A stretch of DNA of 64,000 nt from Candidatus Thorarchaeota archaeon (lineage in GTDB: Archaea > Asgardarchaeota > Thorarchaeia > Thorarchaeales > Thorarchaeaceae), in NCBI GenBank assembly GCA_011364905.1, contig RDNZ01000003.1, positions 227 to 64,226 on the forward strand, in the 5' to 3' direction. Shown here piece after piece: positions 58,758 through 64,000 of the stretch. The notes below the pieces were generated by a model. That model was not told where the DNA came from. It did no database searches and was given only the letters and a program-made list of their open reading frames with translations. Numbering within the stretch: the first letter of the stretch is position 1; each line of letters starts with the position of its first letter. Position numbers and translations under genes: made by a program.

Positions 58758-60737
58758 CTAACACCCATTTGGCAATTTGATAACGAACCGGGTGCCTTTA
58801 GTAAAGTCTCCTTCTACACGACTTTCCACACCTATGGTTCCAGAATACATTTCCACTATTTGCTTCACTAGAGTAAGTCCTACTCCTGAAACTCTATGGA
58901 CTCTATCATCAATACCCGTTAGAATACTCTTTTTCAATCTATCATCGATTCCTGGACCCCAGTCCTCGAATTCGAATTGCAGGAACTCCCCCTCATCAAC
59001 AAGGCTAGTCTTGATGTCAATCCGTATTTCGTCGTCAGGTGTGAACTTGACAGAATTATGCAAGAGATTATAGAAGACATCCTGAAGAAAATCGTTGGAC
59101 ATGATGCAGTACTTTCCAGAGTCCAAGTCTGTATTGATGGTGACCTTCATCTGAGGAAATGACTGTTTCACCATTTGGATCGATGCGGTCAAGGCATCAG
59201 CCGGGTCAGTCTTTTCGAGAGGAAACGTTTCCTGATTGACCAACTGAAACTTTTTCACGTTATTAATCAAAGATACACTCCGATGGACTTGTTCCAATGC
59301 TCTTCTGGCAATATCTTTCAGGTTGTCAGTCATCTCTTCGCTCTCAAGAAGCAGTTCAAGACTAGACATGATTCCTTGATGCAGATTGTTAATATCATGC
59401 GCCATAAGGTCAGACATCCAAATAGCACGTGCTCTTGCCTCCTCACGCTGCTTCTCAGCTTCAACCTGTTCTGTTATGTCGATTGAAAAGCCACCAATGA
59501 GCGGCTCTCGTCCTTCTCTTATAATCGGGAACTTGTGTGTCCGATACGTCCGTTGCTTACCATCCAGCAATCTCTCGTGGATTCTGTCAATTGGGCCTTC
59601 TTTCAATACTAAACGATCCTCTTCAGTTAGCTGCATCGCCCTGTCTTTATTGAAAAGATCCACATTGCTGAGACCCTCCCAATCGTCCCGTTTGGGTTTG
59701 GGTGACTGGTCACGCATGTATCTATTCACGAAGAGAATCTTCGAATCTTGGTCTTTGATGTACACTGGACCCGGCATATTATCTGCAAAGGCAGTGAAGC
59801 GGTCTCTAAACTCCTGCAGCTCTTCCTCTGCTTGCTTTCTCTCAAGAATTGTTGAGAACATACTTGCGATGGTGGAGAAAACTGTTCGTTGCTCTTCTTC
59901 CAGTGATTTAGGTTCTTTGGCTGCGATATTGATAACACCCAGGAGGTCGCCATCTGATCCAATAATCGGCCAAAAGATGAGAGCATGGATGCCCAATTCT
60001 TTAGCTCTCGCCATTCTGTCTTTGCTCTCTGGAGATTTGTCTATGTTTTCAGTGAACAAAGGCGACAGGGTTCGAGCAGTTCGCGCCACTAAGAAATCAG
60101 GATCATCCATTGATACAATGGCCTGTGTGTCTCCTTCCTCTAGACCAACATGAGCTACAAGGTCCAGTGAATTGGTTGTTCTGTTGAAGAGTCGAACCGT
60201 ACCTATTTGGAATCCAAGTGTATCGACAAGGCCTTTTAGTACTCGATTGCACAGGTCAGGAATCGCTTCAGAACTGAGGGTGGCCTCAGCGATCACACTA
60301 AAGACTTTACGCTCATCGGCTAGAGTTTTCTTGGAAAACTCATCGCTGCTGACATCGACCCCATACAAGACAATGAACCTTTTCTTGTCTACCTTTATTG
60401 CGTTTGCTGAAAATTCCAAGACGTACTTTTTCCCCTTCTCATCGCTGAGCTGGAAGCGGTCTTTGTCGAACTTTCTTTTTCCAGAGCTTAATGCAGAAAA
60501 CCTTGAAACAACATCCTCTTGATTGTCTAGGTCAATTAGTGACGCAATTCGAGAAATCTCCTGTCCTACAACTTGTTGGGGTTTGAGACCAACCGCATGA
60601 GCTAAGGCTGAATTAGTAAAGATAATCTTGCCATCTTTTACGACTAGCATTGCTTGTGGTGATGAATCAAACAGAATTCTCAGCATGGAGTAATCTATCT
60701 TGCTGTTCTGAATTTCAGAGCCTGTCATATGCGTCAC
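58758..60737 (-). CDS. Cytoplasmic sensor histidine kinase (PAS-GAF-PAS-HisKA-HATPase)
   Basis: 659 aa with no TM segment. H-box LMAHDINNL, N-box NLLHNSVKFT, G1 DWGPGI and G2 GVGLTLV. Confidence 0.85.
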   Translation of the reverse strand: MTHMTGSEIQNSKIDYSMLRILFDSSPQAMLVVKDGKIIFTNSALAHAVGLKPQQVVGQEISRIASLIDLDNQEDVVSRFSALSSGKRKFDKDRFQLSDEKGKKYVLEFSANAIKVDKKRFIVLYGVDVSSDEFSKKTLADERKVFSVIAEATLSSEAIPDLCNRVLKGLVDTLGFQIGTVRLFNRTTNSLDLVAHVGLEEGDTQAIVSMDDPDFLVARTARTLSPLFTENIDKSPESKDRMARAKELGIHALIFWPIIGSDGDLLGVINIAAKEPKSLEEEQRTVFSTIASMFSTILERKQAEEELQEFRDRFTAFADNMPGPVYIKDQDSKILFVNRYMRDQSPKPKRDDWEGLSNVDLFNKDRAMQLTEEDRLVLKEGPIDRIHERLLDGKQRTYRTHKFPIIREGREPLIGGFSIDITEQVEAEKQREEARARAIWMSDLMAHDINNLHQGIMSSLELLLESEEMTDNLKDIARRALEQVHRSVSLINNVKKFQLVNQETFPLEKTDPADALTASIQMVKQSFPQMKVTINTDLDSGKYCIMSNDFLQDVFYNLLHNSVKFTPDDEIRIDIKTSLVDEGEFLQFEFEDWGPGIDDRLKKSILTGIDDRVHRVSGVGLTLVKQIVEMYSGTIGVESRVEGDFTKGTRFVIKLPNGC

Positions 60738-61109
60738 CTTTGGAATGAATCCAAATTGTTTTGTTCAAAAAATGTTTGGTAGCTACCATATATGAAGGTC
60801 AAAAACTAGGATGTACATAAATGTACACTGATGCACACAAATGAGTAATGCTTATAAGGGGGGATGTTCCGGCCATTACAAACGTTTCCGAGTGTGGATA
60901 TATGATACGAGCGTGCCTTGGCCAATGGCTTTTGGGTCCTGTGGGACCCGTTTAGTTTGTTCGCTATTTGGCATAGCCACAATCTCGTTGTCTTCTTTTG
61001 AGGTTGCTAGTTCATCCCTAGCTGATTGTATGACAGTTCTCTCTCTTTGTGTTGTCCATCTCAACGCTGTATCCACACTCGGATTCCATTTCATTATGGA
61101 GATCGAAAT

Positions 61110-62444
61110 ATGAACAAAGAACAAGCCAGAATCCAGTTGGATATCGAAGATACACCCAAAGAATATGTCAACTTACTACCACATCTGAAGAATCCCCTTC
61201 CGCCACCAATCAACCCTGCAACTGAAGAACCGGTCAGTCCTGATGCTCTCTTAGCTCTATTTCCCGGAGAGTGTGTAAAACAAGAGATTTCAACTGAAAA
61301 TACCATACCAGTTCCAGAGGAAGTTCGAGAGATATTAATGAGGTCGGGTCGACCCACACCTTTGCAAAGAGCGATTGGGCTCGAGCGCGCCCTTAAGACA
61401 CCGTGCAGGATTTATTACAAGCGAGAGGATGTTTCGCCAACCGGCAGTCATAAGCTCAACACTGCAGCTGCCCAAGCATACTATGCCCAAAAGGAAGGCA
61501 TCGAAAGGATGGCTACTGAGACCGGTGCAGGGCAATGGGGTAGTGCTGTTTCACTTGCTTGTGCATATTTTGGACTTGAAGCAATGGTCTACATGGTTCG
61601 GATCAGTTACCAACAAAAGCAATATCGTGGCACCCTGATGCGAACCTATGGTGCAAAGGTGGTTCCGAGTCCATCGGACCTAACTGAATTTGGTCGAAAG
61701 ATAAACGAGGAACATCCAGACCATCCAGGAACACTTGGTATTGCAATCAGCGAAGCGTTAGAGGACACTATCAATCATGAGAACACCAAGTACACTCTTG
61801 GATCTGTTCTGAACTTCGTTTTGCTTCATCAGTCTGTGATTGGCCAAGAGACCATAGCTCAGCTCGATAGCGTTGACGAAACTCCTGATTATGTCATAGG
61901 TTGTGTAGGTGGTGGCAGCAATTTTGCTGGACTGGCCTATCCATTCATCGCAAGCAAACGGTATCCTGATACCAAGTTTATTGCTGCTGAACCCACAGCT
62001 TGTCCATCTCTCACAAAAGGAACCTACCGATATGACTTCGGTGATACAGCAGGGCTTACGCCTAAATTAAAGATGTACACTCTGGGCGCTGACTTTACTC
62101 CTCCCAAAATCCACGCAGGCGGCCTAAGGTATCATGGTGTCGCTCCCTCAGTCAGCGCCCTTGTTCTAGAAGGGCGAATTACTCCATACGCTTACAATCA
62201 GATAGACGTATTGAATGCTGGAGTGCTCTTTGCGAAGTCTGAAGGTATTGTTCCTGCTCCTGAATCTGCTCATGCAATCAAAGCCGCAATTGACATTGCA
62301 CTGGAAGCTAAAGAGAAGAATCAGTCTTCAACAATCGTCTTCAATCTATCAGGCCATGGTCATTTTGACATGGCAGCTTATGGCGCGCTGATGGATGGCA
62401 CTTTGAATGGCGATACTCCAGAACTAACTCCACTTGTAATGTGA
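61110..62444 (+). CDS. trpB: Tryptophan synthase beta-like PLP enzyme, TrpB2 type
   Basis: Start re-assigned to [11 protein letters not shown]. Carries [35 protein letters not shown] (PLP Lys), [11 protein letters not shown], and the TrpB2-type N-terminal extension. Confidence 0.85.
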   Translation: MNKEQARIQLDIEDTPKEYVNLLPHLKNPLPPPINPATEEPVSPDALLALFPGECVKQEISTENTIPVPEEVREILMRSGRPTPLQRAIGLERALKTPCRIYYKREDVSPTGSHKLNTAAAQAYYAQKEGIERMATETGAGQWGSAVSLACAYFGLEAMVYMVRISYQQKQYRGTLMRTYGAKVVPSPSDLTEFGRKINEEHPDHPGTLGIAISEALEDTINHENTKYTLGSVLNFVLLHQSVIGQETIAQLDSVDETPDYVIGCVGGGSNFAGLAYPFIASKRYPDTKFIAAEPTACPSLTKGTYRYDFGDTAGLTPKLKMYTLGADFTPPKIHAGGLRYHGVAPSVSALVLEGRITPYAYNQIDVLNAGVLFAKSEGIVPAPESAHAIKAAIDIALEAKEKNQSSTIVFNLSGHGHFDMAAYGALMDGTLNGDTPELTPLVM

Positions 62445-62473
62445 CCTTCTCACTGTAGAGGGTGAGTGATACA

Positions 62474-62510
62474 AGAACCGCTGTTAGATGCAGCGGTTCT
62501 TCTCTTTTTT
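62474..62510. terminator. Hairpin plus T-tract between convergent genes
   Basis: AGAACCGCTG-ttagatg-CAGCGGTTCT is a perfect 10-bp stem. It is followed by TCTCTTTTTT, 30 nt after the trpB2 stop, and the T-tract abuts the stop of the opposite gene. Confidence 0.55.
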
Positions 62511-63897
62511 ATCTGGCAATTTTCAGCATGTTTGCCAGAGCCTGCGCTGCTCTCTGAGGACTAGAGAAAAATGGAATACCAGCGGCCTCCAGAATTTCAT
62601 GACCCGGTGGTTTTCTTGTGTCAGGTGATGCAAGAATACTAACTACCGGTTTTGAAACCTTCCGGGTAGCCTCAACGATCTCTTTTATTGGAACGCCACC
62701 TCCAATGCCTTCTTGGTAATTTGGAGAGAACACGATTATGACCGCATCAAACTGCTTCTCGTTCAGAATCAACTCGAATGACTCTGCAAAGATTCGAGGG
62801 TCCGCCCACCCCTGAGCCAGCAGGTCTACAGGATTCTTAATCGGGATTTCAACGGGCATGTTAAGTTTCGATTGAATTGTTTTCGCGACTTCATCAGATG
62901 GAAGCGGAAGCTTTACCCCGTTTTGCTCCAAGGTCTGAGCAGCAATCAAGGCAACTCCCAGTGTGTGAGTGACAACCGCAACGTTACGTCCTTTGGGCCT
63001 GTGTTTACAGATGTTAAGGACACGAGCTGTATCAATTAATTCACCAACTCCTGAAACCTCAATCGCTCCAGACTGTTTAATCGCGGCACTATACAGCTTA
63101 GCATTTCCAGCAAGACTACCTGTATGACTTAGCGCAGCGTCCCTGGATGCAGGCGTCTTTCCTACCTTGAAAGCAATAACGGGCTTTTTCGGAGTTGTCT
63201 TCCTAATCTCCTGAGTCATTTCCCGAGCATACTCTGTTCCTTCAATGAAGAGACAGATGACTTCCGTGTCAGGGTCTTCTCTCAAATATCTGAGCATGTC
63301 GTGGAAATCTATATTGACACGATTTCCAACGCTCGCAAATTTGGAAATCCCAAGGTCTGAATCAGCTGCTCGATAAATCATTAATCCCGTAACTCCTCCA
63401 CTTTGACTCACCATTGCGACCGAGCCTCCTTTGATGGGTGTCGGATGGGGAAAGAATGTTGCATTCAGCCCAATATTGCAGTTGCCTGCTCCTAAGCAGT
63501 TAGGTCCAATTACTGCTATGTGTCCCGCATCAGCGATCTCTCTTACTCTCTGTTGATGTTCAATACCAATTCCTCCAAGTTCTTTGAAACCAGCTGAGAA
63601 GATTATAGCGCCTTTCACTCCGATCTCTGAGCACTCTTTCAGGGTTGGGAGTATGTATTGAGGACCAAGAGCAATCATTACGAGATCCACTTTTTCTGCA
63701 ATTTTTGAGAGCGTTGGATAGCACTTTAACTCTCCAATTTTTTTGATTCGAGGATTGACTGGATAGAGATCTCCATCAAAGCTTCGAAGTGCCATTAATG
63801 TAAGAGCGCCGAGCTTATCCGGCTTGTCTGAGGCACCAACTATAGCTATCGAGTTAGGATTGAATAGTTTGTCAAGTGAATCATTTTTCCAGTTCAT
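62509..63897 (-). CDS. ADP-forming acyl-CoA synthetase alpha subunit / CoA-binding succinyl-CoA-ligase-like protein
   Basis: 462 aa. NPNSIAIVGASDKPDKLG CoA-binding start and the phosphohistidine-loop-like SHTGSLAG. Confidence 0.8.
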   Translation of the reverse strand: MNWKNDSLDKLFNPNSIAIVGASDKPDKLGALTLMALRSFDGDLYPVNPRIKKIGELKCYPTLSKIAEKVDLVMIALGPQYILPTLKECSEIGVKGAIIFSAGFKELGGIGIEHQQRVREIADAGHIAVIGPNCLGAGNCNIGLNATFFPHPTPIKGGSVAMVSQSGGVTGLMIYRAADSDLGISKFASVGNRVNIDFHDMLRYLREDPDTEVICLFIEGTEYAREMTQEIRKTTPKKPVIAFKVGKTPASRDAALSHTGSLAGNAKLYSAAIKQSGAIEVSGVGELIDTARVLNICKHRPKGRNVAVVTHTLGVALIAAQTLEQNGVKLPLPSDEVAKTIQSKLNMPVEIPIKNPVDLLAQGWADPRIFAESFELILNEKQFDAVIIVFSPNYQEGIGGGVPIKEIVEATRKVSKPVVSILASPDTRKPPGHEILEAAGIPFFSSPQRAAQALANMLKIAR

Positions 63898-64000
63898 AAT
63901 CTGACAGCACTCTCCTCAAAAGAACGAAGGAGCTTCTCCACCCTTGAAACAATTATTGACGAAACCTTCTTTCGAGCTTCATCATACTCTGTTAGAGGGA
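63894..64000 (-). CDS. C-terminal end (35 codons) of an unidentified gene; its stop overlaps the downstream ATG
   Basis: The reverse frame reads ..PLTEYDEARKKVSSIIVSRVEKLLRSFEESAVRL*. The TGA at 63894-63896 overlaps ATG 63895-63897. Too short to assign a function. Confidence 0.3.
   Translation of the reverse strand, partial: PLTEYDEARKKVSSIIVSRVEKLLRSFEESAVRL

Noticed and set aside
1-64000. Search for tRNA, rRNA, CRISPR arrays, transposases, integrases, prophage or defence-system genes
   Set aside because: The intergenic gaps are short (mostly under 250 nt), and none showed cloverleaf-like or repeat-spacer structure by eye. No ORF has recognisable recombinase, nuclease or defence motifs. 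Absence by eye is not proof; tRNAscan, Infernal and defence-finder runs would settle it.

Overview
This is a gene-dense window of about 56 coding regions. I saw no rRNA, tRNA, CRISPR array, transposase or integrase. It reads as archaeal and probably Asgard-type. That placement is an inference from a Ras/Rab-like small GTPase with complete G1-G5 motifs, a CcmE with the archaeal CxxxY variant motif, an iron-sulfur flavoprotein, TrpB2, an ADP-forming acyl-CoA synthetase alpha subunit, a geranylgeranyl-reductase-family gene, and AT-rich TATA-like boxes in the intergenic gaps.

The flanks (1-11.6 kb and 58.1-64 kb) hold ordinary genes:
- an RdhA/QueG-like Fe-S protein, cut by the window edge
- a type-B carboxylesterase
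- an EutA-like ATPase
- an MDR oxidoreductase
- a GT-C-type membrane glycosyltransferase
- MutS
- an iron-sulfur flavoprotein
- a small GTPase
- a PAS-GAF-PAS histidine kinase
- TrpB2
- an ADP-forming acyl-CoA synthetase alpha subunit

The core (11.6-58.1 kb) is a contiguous respiratory island with five parts:
1. System I cytochrome c maturation genes: ccmEDCBA, plus ccmF at a separate site.
2. Four tandem paralogous cassettes on the minus strand. Each has a GlcD-like FAD oxidase and a GlcF/HdrD-like CCG Fe-S protein. Three of the four also carry a His-bearing membrane module and/or an exported monohaem CxxCH protein.
3. A multihaem cytochrome (7 CxxCH plus variant motifs) and a large sequon-rich exported protein.
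4. A menaquinone side-chain module: GGR-family reductase, long-chain prenyl synthase and MenA. Two PNPOx-fold genes sit next to it, one of them membrane-anchored.
5. A complex-I-like gene set (A, J, K, C, D, H, I, extra M-like, long L, M, N) with no NuoEFG. Its only NuoB is fused to the C-terminus of a fifth GlcD-like FAD oxidase, and the partner CCG gene is divergently encoded.

The FAD-oxidase::NuoB fusion and the repeated flavo/Fe-S/cytochrome cassettes are the most unusual content. All functional readings come from motif recognition by eye, and no database search was possible.
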